Shown piece by piece: positions 8,231 to 17,546 of a stretch of 64,000 nt of DNA. Under the pieces are notes generated by a model. The model worked only from the letters and a program-made list of their open reading frames with translations. It ran no database searches and was not told the origin of the DNA. The position numbers and the translations under genes are program-made. This DNA comes from an uncultured Thermoplasmata archaeon. GTDB lineage: Archaea > Thermoplasmatota > Thermoplasmata > UBA10834. The stretch covers positions 17,954-81,953 of the forward strand of contig CAZAUI010000005.1 of NCBI GenBank assembly GCA_964488505.1, read 5' to 3'. Position 1 is the stretch's first letter; each line of letters starts with the position of its first letter.

Positions 8231-9141
8231 GGTTCCGCAAGTCGATGAACGACACGCTCGCCAGCTGGAGGATGTCCGGCGGGTTCAGGCAGACGATGCT
8301 GGACATTCTGAGCAGGGCGCGCAGGAACATGATGGTGGTCGCAGGGTTCATGGTCATACTCCTGGTCGTGTCCATGGCGCTCCTGGCGCCGGTACTCCCG
8401 ATCGCCGACCCCACCCCCGCGCTCGGGGAGGAGGACACGATCCTGCTGCCGCCTTCGGACAGGCACTGGTTCGGCACGGACGAGCTGGGCAGGGACGTCT
8501 TCAGCCGCGTGCTCTGGGGCGCCAGGGTGTCCCTGTTCGTCGCGACCTTGGCGGTCTTCTTCTCCCTGTTGATAGGCGTCGTCATGGGCCTCACCGCTGG
8601 TTACTTCGGCCGCACACCGGACTACATCATCGCGGGCACGATAGACCTCTTCTGGACGTTCCCGTCGTTCCTGCTAGCGCTCGCGTTCGCCGCGGCCCTG
8701 GGCCCCAGCCTGATGAACGTCATACTCGCCATATCGATATCGTACTGGGCCGGGTTCGCGAGGCTGATGCGCGGCCAGGCGCTCTCGGTCAAGGAGCGCC
8801 AGTTCGTGGAGGCGAGCAGGGCGCTGGGCGCGAAGAACGTCAGGATAATGTTCACGCACGTGCTGCCGAACTGCCTCGCCCCGCTCATCGTCTGGGCGTC
8901 GATCGGCGTCGCCGACGCGATCACGATCGAGAGCAGCCTGAGCTTCCTCGGAGTGGGCACGCAGCCTCCGGACCCGAGCTGGGGGTACATGCTCTACAGG
9001 GGCATACCGTACCTCGAGGAGGCCCCGTGGATCGCGACGTTCCCCGGCCTCACCCTGCTCTTCACCATACTCGGCTTCAACCTGCTCGGGGACGGCCTCA
9101 GGGACGTCCTCGACCCGCGCATGAAGGGGATGAGACGGTGA
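8227..9141 (+). CDS. ABC transporter permease (OppC/DppC type)
   Basis: 304 aa, multi-TM. Second permease of the operon. Confidence 0.9.
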   Translation: MRFRKSMNDTLASWRMSGGFRQTMLDILSRARRNMMVVAGFMVILLVVSMALLAPVLPIADPTPALGEEDTILLPPSDRHWFGTDELGRDVFSRVLWGARVSLFVATLAVFFSLLIGVVMGLTAGYFGRTPDYIIAGTIDLFWTFPSFLLALAFAAALGPSLMNVILAISISYWAGFARLMRGQALSVKERQFVEASRALGAKNVRIMFTHVLPNCLAPLIVWASIGVADAITIESSLSFLGVGTQPPDPSWGYMLYRGIPYLEEAPWIATFPGLTLLFTILGFNLLGDGLRDVLDPRMKGMRR

Positions 9142-10139
9142 CCGACGGAAGGACGCCGATCCTCGAGATCAAGGGCCTCAGGACACAGTTCATGCTCCAA
9201 GAGGGGACCGTGACTGCGCTCGACGGCATAGACCTTACGATCTATGAGAACGAGTCCGTCGGCATAGTCGGAGAGACGGGCTGCGGCAAGAGCATGACCG
9301 CGTACTCGATCCTCAGACTCGTCCCGCCCCCTGGCAAGATAACCGCAGGTTCGATCAAGTACAAGGGCATCGAGCTGACGACGCTCGACCCCGACAAGAT
9401 GCGCTGGGTCAGGGGCACCAAGATATCGATGATATTCCAGGACGCGTCGACCGCCCTCGACCCTGTGTTCACGATAGGGTCGCAGCTGGGCGAGGTCATA
9501 TCGCTCCACCAGAACATATACGACAAGCATAAGCTCGAGGAGAAGATCGTCCAGACCCTGGAGCTGGTCAAGATAGCCGCTCCGAGGGACGTATTGAGGA
9601 TGTACCCTCACGAGCTGAGCGGAGGCATGAAGCAGAGGGTCATGATCGCCCTGGCGCTCTCGTGCTCTCCCTCGCTCCTGATCGCGGACGAGCCCACGAC
9701 CGCCCTGGACGTCACCATCCAGGGGCAGATACTGAAGCTCCTGAATGCCCTGGTCGCCAAGACGGGCAGCTCGATGATGCTGATCACCCACAACCTCGGG
9801 ATAGTGGCCGAGGTCTGCGACAGGATATGCGTGATGTACGCCGGGAGGATAGTCGAGGACGCGGAGACATTCGAGCTGTTCGCGAGCCCGAGGCACCCGT
9901 ACACCGCAGGCCTGTTGACTGCGTTCCCCAAGCTGGGGGAGAAGAAGGAGGAGCTGCAGGTCATAAGGGGGACCGTGCCGAACCTGATGACCCCGTTCAA
10001 GGGTTGCCCGTTCGTCGACAGGTGCGACAAGGCCATGAATGTCTGCTCGTCGAAGAGGCCGGCCCGCGTAGAGGTGTCCCCGGGCCACTTCGTCTCGTGC
10101 CATCTGTGGGTAGGGGGTGAGCGTCCGGATGGAGCGTGA
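9138..10139 (+). CDS. ABC transporter ATP-binding protein (OppD/DppD type)
   Basis: Walker A GETGCGKS, signature LSGGMKQR, Walker [13 protein letters not shown], and an oligopeptide C-terminal domain. I trimmed the track ORF (9027) to the in-frame GTG at 9138, which overlaps the permease stop (GTGA). Confidence 0.9.
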   Translation: MTDGRTPILEIKGLRTQFMLQEGTVTALDGIDLTIYENESVGIVGETGCGKSMTAYSILRLVPPPGKITAGSIKYKGIELTTLDPDKMRWVRGTKISMIFQDASTALDPVFTIGSQLGEVISLHQNIYDKHKLEEKIVQTLELVKIAAPRDVLRMYPHELSGGMKQRVMIALALSCSPSLLIADEPTTALDVTIQGQILKLLNALVAKTGSSMMLITHNLGIVAEVCDRICVMYAGRIVEDAETFELFASPRHPYTAGLLTAFPKLGEKKEELQVIRGTVPNLMTPFKGCPFVDRCDKAMNVCSSKRPARVEVSPGHFVSCHLWVGGERPDGA

Positions 10140-11154
10140 TGCCGGCGGCCCCGAGCCCTCTGGGCCCCTGCTCCGGGTGGAGAACCTCGTCAAGCTCTTC
10201 CCCGTGAAGAAGGGCGTGTTCGGGAAGGTGGTCGGACACGTGCACGCGGTCGACGGCGTGAGCATGACCGTCAACAGGGGAGAGACCCTCGGGCTGGTGG
10301 GCGAGAGCGGCTGCGGCAAGACCACCGTCGGGCGGGCCATTTTAAGGCTCGTCGAGCCGACGAGCGGCAAGGTGATCTTCGCGGGCCAGGACGTGACCAA
10401 GCTGCAGTCCGCGGAGCTGAGGGCTATGAGGAAGAGGATGCAGATCGTCTTCCAGGACCCGTACTCCAGCCTGGACCCCAGGATGACCATCGAGAGGATC
10501 GTCGGCGAGGGGTTCATGATACACGGCTCCCCCAAGGGCTCAAAGAACCCGTCGGTGGCGAGGAGGGAGCGCATACACGAGCTCGTGGAGCAGGTCGGGC
10601 TCTCCCACGACCACCTCTCAAGGCTGCCGCACGAGTTCAGCGGCGGGCAGAGGCAGAGGATAGCGCTCGCGAGGTCCCTCGCGCTCGACCCGGACTTCAT
10701 AGTGCTCGACGAGCCGACCTCCGCCCTGGACGTGTCGGTCCAGGCGCAGGCCCTGAACCTGCTCAAGAGGCTCCAGGGGAAGCTTGGCCTGAGCTACCTG
10801 TTCATCTCGCACGACCTGTCAGTCGTCGGCCACATGAGCGACAGGATAGCCGTGATGTACCTGGGGAAGATCGTGGAGGTCGCCCCCGCCGAGGTCCTGC
10901 TGGCGAAGTCCAGGCACCCGTACTCGCAGGCGCTCATAGCGTCGATACCCATCCCCGACCCCAAGATGAGGAAGGACCGGAAGGGGATCGAGGGCGAGAT
11001 TCCGAGCCCTACGAACCCGCCCGCGGGCTGCAGGTTCCACCCCAGGTGCCCGTACGCGACAGATGTGTGCAAGAAGGACGAGCCTGCGATGGTCGAGATC
11101 GGGGAAGGGCACTTCGTCGCGTGCCACAACTACATGGATGTCTCGCCACCGTAG
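10117..11154 (+). CDS. ABC transporter ATP-binding protein (OppF/DppF type)
   Basis: Walker A GESGCGKT, signature FSGGQRQR, Walker [12 protein letters not shown]. An alternative ATG start lies at 10129. Confidence 0.9.
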   Translation: MSVRMERDAGGPEPSGPLLRVENLVKLFPVKKGVFGKVVGHVHAVDGVSMTVNRGETLGLVGESGCGKTTVGRAILRLVEPTSGKVIFAGQDVTKLQSAELRAMRKRMQIVFQDPYSSLDPRMTIERIVGEGFMIHGSPKGSKNPSVARRERIHELVEQVGLSHDHLSRLPHEFSGGQRQRIALARSLALDPDFIVLDEPTSALDVSVQAQALNLLKRLQGKLGLSYLFISHDLSVVGHMSDRIAVMYLGKIVEVAPAEVLLAKSRHPYSQALIASIPIPDPKMRKDRKGIEGEIPSPTNPPAGCRFHPRCPYATDVCKKDEPAMVEIGEGHFVACHNYMDVSPP

Positions 11155-11227
11155 CCGCCGCCGCTCGGGCTATAACGAGACGCGCGCACGCGCGGATGTA
11201 CTTCTGGACCGACCTCTGCGTCCCCTG

Positions 11228-13285
11228 TCACGTTGCCTTGCCATTCCGCCGCAGCAGGAAGATGACCACAACCCCTGCGAGGGCAGCGACCAAGACTACC
11301 CCCAGGACGAGTCCGTAGTCCAGCGTCCCGGCCCCGTCGGTGACGGTCACCGTCACCGCGTCGGTGCCTTCGAGCCCCTCGCCGTCCGTGACCGTCAGGG
11401 TGATTTCGTAAGTCCCTGGCTCGTCGAAGGTGAACTCCGGGGACTCGCCGTACAGTATGACGGTGCCGCCGTCGTACTCGAACGTCCAAGTGTAGTTGAC
11501 TATCCCGACGTTGTCCGATGAGCCCGACCCATCGAGCTGGACCGTGTCGCCCGCCTCGGTCCCGATGTCGTCTCCGGCGTCGGCGACCGGGGCCGTCGCG
11601 TCCGTGACCGTCACCGTGATCGTGTCAGGGTCCGACACCTGGCCGATGGAGTCAGTGACCGTCAGGTTCACATGGTAAGTCCCGAGGGTCTCGAATGTGT
11701 AATTGAACTCGACGCCTTCGTACTGGACGCCGAGCTCGGTGATCTCCCACGAGTATTCGGTTATCCCGACGTCGTCGTGCGAACCGCTCCCGTCGAAAGT
11801 CACGAGGGAGTCCTCTGGCACTGTCAGTGAGTCGGACCCGGCCTCCGCGACAGGAGGCGCGTCCTCTTCGACCGTGATCAGGACAGTGTCGGAGTCCTCG
11901 TTCAAGCCGCCGTCGCGGACCACCAGCGTCACAGTATACGCTCCGGGCTCTGAGAACGCATGGACCACTGTCTCCCCGTAGAGGGATACCGGCTCTCCGT
12001 CCTCCTCGAATGTCCATGAGTAGTCCGTGATCCCGATGTCGTCCTCAGAAGCCGCTCCGGAGAGCGACACCTCGACTCCGACGACGGCGTCTTGGTCCTC
12101 TCCCGCGTCTGCGGTCGGCGGACTTGCGTCCACGGTGAAGAATTCGGTGGTCATGTTGAGGTTGTTCGCCTCGTCGATCACCATCAGCAAGGCGACGTAG
12201 TCTCCGCTGGGGACATCGTTCGTGTACTCGAATGCGAGTCCGGAGACGCTTCGCGGTTCCAGAACCAGCTCCTCGAATTGGGAGTCGCTCCATTCAAACG
12301 TGTCCCCGTAATCGTTCTCCACGACCGTGCCTGAGTAGACCGTTGCCGACGGCGCGAACACTCCTGACGGGTCGTCTGGAGATGCGGCCGGGATCTCAGG
12401 CGGGTCCAACGTGCCAAACGGGTCCGTCGTGTTCACGAATTCGAACCCGAGGTACTCTCCCGTGGCGTTGTCGAAGAATGCGAATCCAGACTCCTCGTCG
12501 AGGGAGTCGTTCCAGTACCTGCCTGCAATCCCGTAGCTCTCGTCCTCGTTGATGGTCCTGTGGTACCCCAGCTGCACGTACTCGGAGACGGTTTCATTGA
12601 TCAGGTAGCCCGCGCTGGGCGTCGTAGCCGGCCAAGTGTAGTCTCCGATGAACAGGTCGTCCTCGTATGTGTAGACGAACGAATCTGAGCCGATCCCGTA
12701 CAGCGGCATGACGAGGTCTAGGTCGATCAGCGTGAATTCCAATCTGTCACCCGACAGGGTCCACACGTGTCCGATGACTGCCTCGACCCCCATGATGTTG
12801 AAATCCTCGGATATCGCATGCGCTACAAGTGGGCGATGCGACGAGATATTCTCATAATGATTGAGAGTCAGCAAAGCCGTCGGGACCGTCGGTTCAGGGT
12901 CAAGGTATGCGTCCTGCCTCAGTTCGGTGAGGCTGGCCGTGTCGACGATCAGGAAGACCGAATAGTGTCCCGGGGCGGAGAATAACAGAATGGTTTCCCC
13001 GCGTACGAAGTCCGTCTCATAGTATCCGATCTCGTTCGTCATCGTTTCGGTGTAGTTGATGAATTCCTCGCCTATCATGATGATCGTCGCGTTGTCGATG
13101 CCCTGCAACGTAACCGAATCATTGACCCAGCCGTAGATCTTGCAGGTCGGCTCCTCCGCGAGGGGCTGCGTCGTGACTCCCAAGACGGCCGACCCGTTCA
13201 CGGACATAGATAGGACCATCGCCACGGCCATGCTTATGACGGCTATCGCAACGAGACTCCTGTATCGATATGTTCCCCTTGCCAC
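11228..13285 (-). CDS. Cell-surface protein: signal/TM, carboxypeptidase-regulatory-like domain, three PKD domains, C-terminal TM anchor
   Basis: 685 aa. N-terminal hydrophobic segment LVAIAVISMAVAMVL. Three repeats of the type ADAG.D......V.LDGSGS.D..GI..Y.W.F......GE...H.F..PG.Y.VTL.V.D. C-terminal LVLGVVLVAALAGVVVIFLLRRNGKAT. Confidence 0.85.
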   Translation of the reverse strand: MARGTYRYRSLVAIAVISMAVAMVLSMSVNGSAVLGVTTQPLAEEPTCKIYGWVNDSVTLQGIDNATIIMIGEEFINYTETMTNEIGYYETDFVRGETILLFSAPGHYSVFLIVDTASLTELRQDAYLDPEPTVPTALLTLNHYENISSHRPLVAHAISEDFNIMGVEAVIGHVWTLSGDRLEFTLIDLDLVMPLYGIGSDSFVYTYEDDLFIGDYTWPATTPSAGYLINETVSEYVQLGYHRTINEDESYGIAGRYWNDSLDEESGFAFFDNATGEYLGFEFVNTTDPFGTLDPPEIPAASPDDPSGVFAPSATVYSGTVVENDYGDTFEWSDSQFEELVLEPRSVSGLAFEYTNDVPSGDYVALLMVIDEANNLNMTTEFFTVDASPPTADAGEDQDAVVGVEVSLSGAASEDDIGITDYSWTFEEDGEPVSLYGETVVHAFSEPGAYTVTLVVRDGGLNEDSDTVLITVEEDAPPVAEAGSDSLTVPEDSLVTFDGSGSHDDVGITEYSWEITELGVQYEGVEFNYTFETLGTYHVNLTVTDSIGQVSDPDTITVTVTDATAPVADAGDDIGTEAGDTVQLDGSGSSDNVGIVNYTWTFEYDGGTVILYGESPEFTFDEPGTYEITLTVTDGEGLEGTDAVTVTVTDGAGTLDYGLVLGVVLVAALAGVVVIFLLRRNGKAT
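11336..12124 (-). repeat. Three tandem PKD-domain coding repeats (about 88 aa each)
   Basis: Residues about 388-650 of the surface protein. The DAG.D / GSGS.DD.GI..YSW / TVT.TV.D pattern recurs three times. Confidence 0.7.
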
Positions 13286-13470
13286 TTCGAACCACCCTCC
13301 ACGCGATTCCGATGCACTGACGGTATATATATCTCATCTAGGATTTCCCGGGCTCCTGCGCAAGCTCTGTCCTTCTCTTCCGACGGCCCCTGGATGGTTC
13401 TGAGCACCTGATTGGACATGTGCCCGAGACAGATGTTGTTCGGTGAGAAGAGGCGAAGGACAGTGAACCG

Positions 13471-13815
13471 TCACTTTGGCCTTGACGCTGTCCGTTTTGG
13501 TCCCTTGAGACCATCAAACATGTGTAGGACCGTGAGGATCGGATGTCTGGCGAGCATTCGAGGGCCGGAGTACCTCATGACGTCCCTCATGCGTTCTAGA
13601 TGGCTCCTGTCGTAACAATGTCTCAGGCACTTCGCGCAGGTCGTCTTGTCCTTGATGAACGGGCACCCATCCAAGCGCTCATGTGCGTATTCCTGTAACT
13701 CGCGGCAGTCGTTGCAGAGCACTCCCTTGGCACCGTGGTTATCCCTACAATACAAGCTCAGCATCACTTCTACTGTCTCTTTCTCCCTTCGGACCCTTCT
13801 AATGCTCTCAGTCAC
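13471..13815 (-). CDS. Nitrous-oxide-stimulated-promoter (YgbA_NO) family Cys-rich protein
   Basis: 114 aa. EVMLSLYCRDNHG...LCNDCRELQEYAHERLDGCPF...TCAKCLRHCY...MRYSGPRMLARHPI matches the family pattern I recall. GTG start. Confidence 0.75.
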   Translation of the reverse strand: MTESIRRVRREKETVEVMLSLYCRDNHGAKGVLCNDCRELQEYAHERLDGCPFIKDKTTCAKCLRHCYDRSHLERMRDVMRYSGPRMLARHPILTVLHMFDGLKGPKRTASRPK

Positions 13816-13969
13816 CCGGAACCTACCTCGGCTGTCTGCGGACAGGATGCATGCAGTAGTCTAGCGTTCGACTGTGGCTTGGCGGCCTCATACGGCTCCT
13901 CGGACAGCGAGCAGGCAGAGGGCGCACTCGTCCCCGGCCTGACGGTCTGTCGTGTGGATGGAGGCGGCG

Positions 13970-14042
13970 TGGGCCCAACCGGATTTGAACCGGTGATCTG
14001 CGCTGTGTGAGAGCGCCGTCATAACCGCTAGACCATGGGCCC
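13970..14042 (-). tRNA. tRNA-Val (anticodon CAC)
   Basis: GGGCCCA-UG-GUCU..GAC-G-GCGCU-CUCACAC-AGCGC-AGAUC-ACCGG-UUCAAAU-CCGGU-UGGGCCC-A folds into a perfect cloverleaf. The 7-nt anticodon loop carries CAC. No encoded CCA and no intron. Confidence 0.93.
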
Positions 14043-14072
14043 TTTGGCGACGGCCGATGTATGCCGCATTGG

Positions 14073-14082
14073 TTTAATATGC
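14073..14082 (-). promoter_or_regulatory. TATA-like box for tRNA-Val
   Basis: The reverse strand reads CATATTAAAC, about 30-35 nt upstream of the mature tRNA 5' end. It lies in the divergent spacer shared with mtnA. Confidence 0.4.
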
Positions 14083-14141
14083 TTTTGGAGGGGGATGGTC
14101 CATCGTTTTATGCATGGACGTGGATACACCAGTGCGATAAC

Positions 14142-15143
14142 ATGCGCGTGAGGACTAGGCGAGGAAGAGAGGACCTCAGGGCGATATGGATGGACGGGGA
14201 TGTCGTCACCGTCATCGACCAGAGGGAACTCCCTCGCAAGTTCAGGACCGTCGGCATAAGGACCTACGAGGAGATGGCCGAGGCCATCTCCGACATGACC
14301 GTCAGGGGCGCACCGACGATAGGGGCGGCCGCCGCCTACGGCATGGCGTTGGCTTGGAAGGCCGGGAAGGACTTGGACCTGGCCGCACGGACAATCAATG
14401 CGACCAGGCCTACCGCCCACGACCTGTTCTATGCAGTCGACCTCATGCTCTCCAAGAGGGGCGGCGACCTCGTCAAGGAGGCAGGGTCGTATGCGGACGG
14501 GATAGTGTCCAAGTGCAAGGCGATCGGGGACCACGGCTCCCCACTCATCAAGGACGGCCACAGGATTCTCACTCACTGCAACGCGGGAGCGCTCGCGACC
14601 GTCGACTTCGGGACCGCACTGGCGCCCATGAGGGTGGCGCACAGGACCGGGAAGAAGTTCTTCGTGTACGTGGACGAGACCCGGCCGAGGCTCCAGGGGG
14701 CGAAGTTGACCGCCTGGGAGCTGCTGAACGAGGGTATCAGCCACGCGGTCATAGCGGACAACGCCGCGGGACACTACATGAGCAGGGGCCAGGTCGACCT
14801 GGTCATCGTGGGCGCGGACAGGATCGCGTCCAACGGCGATTTCGCGAACAAGATTGGCACCTACGAGAAGGCCGTCCTGGCCAAGGAGAACGGCGTGCCG
14901 TTCTATGTCGCCGCCCCGGTCAGCACGTTCGACTTCGCGCTCGGGGCCGGCTCCAGCATCGTGATTGAGGAGAGGTCCCAGGACGAGGTGCTGTTCGTGA
15001 ACGGTAGGCGCATCTCCCCGGACAACAGCCCCGCCATGAACCCGGCCTTCGATGTCACCCCGGCGAGATACGTGACGGGATTCATCACCGAGAAGGGGAC
15101 CGTGGCGCCTGGCGAGTTCTCTTCCCTGCTCAGGGGCGGTTGA
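14142..15143 (+). CDS. mtnA: S-methyl-5-thioribose-1-phosphate isomerase (eIF-2B alpha/beta/delta family)
   Basis: RGAPTIGAAAAYG, HCNAGALATVDFGTAL, ETRPRLQGAKLTAWEL and GADRIASNGDFANKIGTY. Trimmed to the ATG at 14142 (MRVRTRRG...). A ribose-1,5-bisphosphate isomerase function is not excluded. Confidence 0.8.
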   Translation: MRVRTRRGREDLRAIWMDGDVVTVIDQRELPRKFRTVGIRTYEEMAEAISDMTVRGAPTIGAAAAYGMALAWKAGKDLDLAARTINATRPTAHDLFYAVDLMLSKRGGDLVKEAGSYADGIVSKCKAIGDHGSPLIKDGHRILTHCNAGALATVDFGTALAPMRVAHRTGKKFFVYVDETRPRLQGAKLTAWELLNEGISHAVIADNAAGHYMSRGQVDLVIVGADRIASNGDFANKIGTYEKAVLAKENGVPFYVAAPVSTFDFALGAGSSIVIEERSQDEVLFVNGRRISPDNSPAMNPAFDVTPARYVTGFITEKGTVAPGEFSSLLRGG

Positions 15144-15188
15144 AGGTCCTCGGTAGGCTTTTTACCCATCTCCGGGATACAGGCACCG

Positions 15189-16235
15189 ATGATACTGATT
15201 ACGAAGTGGTTCGGCAGCTTCCTGTGCGACGACGGCAAGGTCAGGAAGGCCACCCTCTTCCCGAAGGACCCCGCGGCAATAGCCGAGAGGTTGGGCATGG
15301 TCGCCAGGGGAGAGGTGCTGGATGAGGAGGTCTCCCTCGCGTCGTCGGCGAAGCAGGTTTCCGACCGGAGGCTGGCTGAGTTCGGCAAGAAGGTCAGGTT
15401 CGATTCCTCGTTCATCCGCCCGGAGGACTTCGGGTTCTCCCTAGATATGTATAGGGAAGCAACGATAATATTGGCGAAGGACTCGGTCAGGCGCAGCATA
15501 GGCCCCGATGTGCACCTGGGCCAGGCGGTCAGGGCCTATGACGATCTTGTGTTCACGGACAACATACTCTCGGAGCGACTGAGGGAGTGGTACGGCCTGC
15601 ACTTCCCCGAGCTCGAGGTGGTCCTGGGCGGGGAATCGTATGCCAAGGCGGTAGCTGAGCACGGCTCGAGGTCGGACCTGATGGCCGCCCTGGGACTGAA
15701 GATGGATTCGATAGGGTCGGAGATAGACCCGGCGGACCTAGAATCCGTGAAGGTGTTGTCCGCCGCGCTCAGGGAGTCGTACTCTGCGAGGGCGAAGCTC
15801 GAGAAATACGTCGAGTCCAGGATGGCGCAGGTGGCTCCGAACATATCTTCGATCGCTGGCCCTGTGGTCGGCGCGAGGCTGATCATGCAGGCGGGCAGCC
15901 TGAAGAGGCTCGCATCGATGCCCTCGAGCACGGTACAACTCCTCGGGGCCGAGAAGGCGATGTTCAGGCACCTGAAGAAGGGCAGCAAGCCCCCGAAGCA
16001 TGGCATCCTCTTCCAGCATATGCTCGTGCACGCCGCGCCTCAATGGCAGAGGGGCGCCATCGCGCGCGCGCTCGCATCCAAGATATGCCTTGCAGCGAGG
16101 GCAGACCTGTACTCGGGGAACGACTTATCCGCTCTCCTGAGGGAGCAGCTGGACAAGAGGGTGGCGGAGATAAGGAAGCAGCACTCGTCGCCCTCGAAGA
16201 AGGCTCCTGGCAGGCCGAAGACGCGCCGCCGGTGA
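15189..16235 (+). CDS. nop5: C/D box sRNP core protein Nop5 (Nop56/58)
   Basis: 348 aa with NOSIC/Nop domain motifs LREWYGLHFPELE, GSLKRLASMPSSTVQLLGAEKAMFRHL and PKHGILFQH, plus a basic C-terminus. Confidence 0.9.
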   Translation: MILITKWFGSFLCDDGKVRKATLFPKDPAAIAERLGMVARGEVLDEEVSLASSAKQVSDRRLAEFGKKVRFDSSFIRPEDFGFSLDMYREATIILAKDSVRRSIGPDVHLGQAVRAYDDLVFTDNILSERLREWYGLHFPELEVVLGGESYAKAVAEHGSRSDLMAALGLKMDSIGSEIDPADLESVKVLSAALRESYSARAKLEKYVESRMAQVAPNISSIAGPVVGARLIMQAGSLKRLASMPSSTVQLLGAEKAMFRHLKKGSKPPKHGILFQHMLVHAAPQWQRGAIARALASKICLAARADLYSGNDLSALLREQLDKRVAEIRKQHSSPSKKAPGRPKTRRR

Positions 16236-16243
16236 CACATAAG

Positions 16244-16254
16244 TATTTTAAATA
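16244..16254 (+). promoter_or_regulatory. TATA box for the aIF5A-agmatinase unit
   Basis: TATTTTAAATA lies about 35-45 nt upstream of the ATG at 16288. Confidence 0.5.
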
Positions 16255-16287
16255 CCCAGAGATTACGGTCTCCAGAAGTGGTTATCC

Positions 16288-16674
16288 ATGGCATGGGAGC
16301 AGGCTGAGGTCAGGACCCTCAAGGAGGGCCGGTACATGAACGTCGAAGACGAGCCCTGCAAGATCCTCAGCATCTCGACCTCCAAGCCAGGGAAACACGG
16401 CGAGGCCAAGGCACGCATCGAAGCGGTCGGCATATTCGACGGCAACAAGAGGTCTGTCGTCTACCCGGTCAAGCACAAGGTCCAGGTGCCGATGATAGAC
16501 AAGAGGCAGGCTCAGGTCGTCTCACTCATGGGTGCCGAGGTGCAGCTCATGGACCTCGAGACCTACGAGATGTTCCAGCTGTCCATCCCGGACGAGTTCA
16601 AGGACACGCTGAAGCCCGGCGAGGATATCATGTACATCGTCGCCATGGGCCGGAAGAAGATCATGCGGGTGTGA
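16288..16674 (+). CDS. eif5a: Translation initiation factor 5A (aIF5A)
   Basis: 128 aa with the hypusine loop STSKPGKHGEAKA and an OB-fold C-terminal half. Confidence 0.95.
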   Translation: MAWEQAEVRTLKEGRYMNVEDEPCKILSISTSKPGKHGEAKARIEAVGIFDGNKRSVVYPVKHKVQVPMIDKRQAQVVSLMGAEVQLMDLETYEMFQLSIPDEFKDTLKPGEDIMYIVAMGRKKIMRV

Positions 16675-17543
16675 GGATGCCAAGCCGCGGAATGCTGAGG
16701 TTCGCGGACGCGGTCGACACCTACGAGGATTCTGAGTTCGTGATTCTGGGCGCCCCGTTCGACAGGACCACGACCTTCAGGAGCGGCGCGAGGTTCGCCC
16801 CGACCACCATAAGGGAGGCGTCGTCCAACTTCGAGAAGGAGCTCTTCGAGCACGGGGTCACGTTCGACGACATCAAGGTCCACGACGCCGGAGACCTCTA
16901 CGAGGAGGGCACCGTGGACGACATGGTCTCCTCCATCGAGGAGGAGGCCGGGAAGATCGTCAAGGACGGCAAGTTCCTTGTGACCATGGGCGGTGAGCAC
17001 TCGGTGTCCCCGCCCCTCGTCAAGTCCTACGGGAACGATTTCTCCGTCATCACGATCGATGCGCACTTGGACTACAGGGAGGAGTACCAGGGCCTCAAGA
17101 ACAGCCACGCGTGCGCGCACAAGCGCATCGAGGACATAGTCGGCAAGGGCAATGTGTTCGCCTTCGGCGTCAGGTCCATCTCCGGGGAGGAGGACCACGG
17201 GTCCGCCCTTTACGCCGACGCTTTCAGGATTCATAGGGAAGGGTGCGCGAAGGTCTTCGACGAGATGCTCGCGAAGCTCGAGAGACAGCCCGTCTACCTC
17301 TCCCTGGACATCGACGGCATAGACCCCGCGTATGCGCCGGGGACGGGCACGCCTGAGCCCTTCGGGCTCACGCCCATGGACGTCAGGCATGTCATCAACC
17401 GGCTGGGGGACAGGCTGATAGGGTTCGATGTCGTCGAGGTCTGCCCGCCGTACGACAACGGCAACACCTCGATACTCGCAGCGAGGCTGATACGCGAGGT
17501 CATAGCCGTGAAGTGGAAGGCTTCCCACGTGAAAGGCGCCTGA
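16671..17543 (+). CDS. speB: Agmatinase (ureohydrolase family)
   Basis: Mn-binding motifs GGEHSVS, IDAHLD and SLDIDGIDPAYAPGTGTPEP. GTG at 16671 overlaps the aIF5A stop; an in-frame ATG at 16677 is an alternative start. Confidence 0.9.
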   Translation: MRMPSRGMLRFADAVDTYEDSEFVILGAPFDRTTTFRSGARFAPTTIREASSNFEKELFEHGVTFDDIKVHDAGDLYEEGTVDDMVSSIEEEAGKIVKDGKFLVTMGGEHSVSPPLVKSYGNDFSVITIDAHLDYREEYQGLKNSHACAHKRIEDIVGKGNVFAFGVRSISGEEDHGSALYADAFRIHREGCAKVFDEMLAKLERQPVYLSLDIDGIDPAYAPGTGTPEPFGLTPMDVRHVINRLGDRLIGFDVVEVCPPYDNGNTSILAARLIREVIAVKWKASHVKGA

Positions 17544-17546
17544 GGC

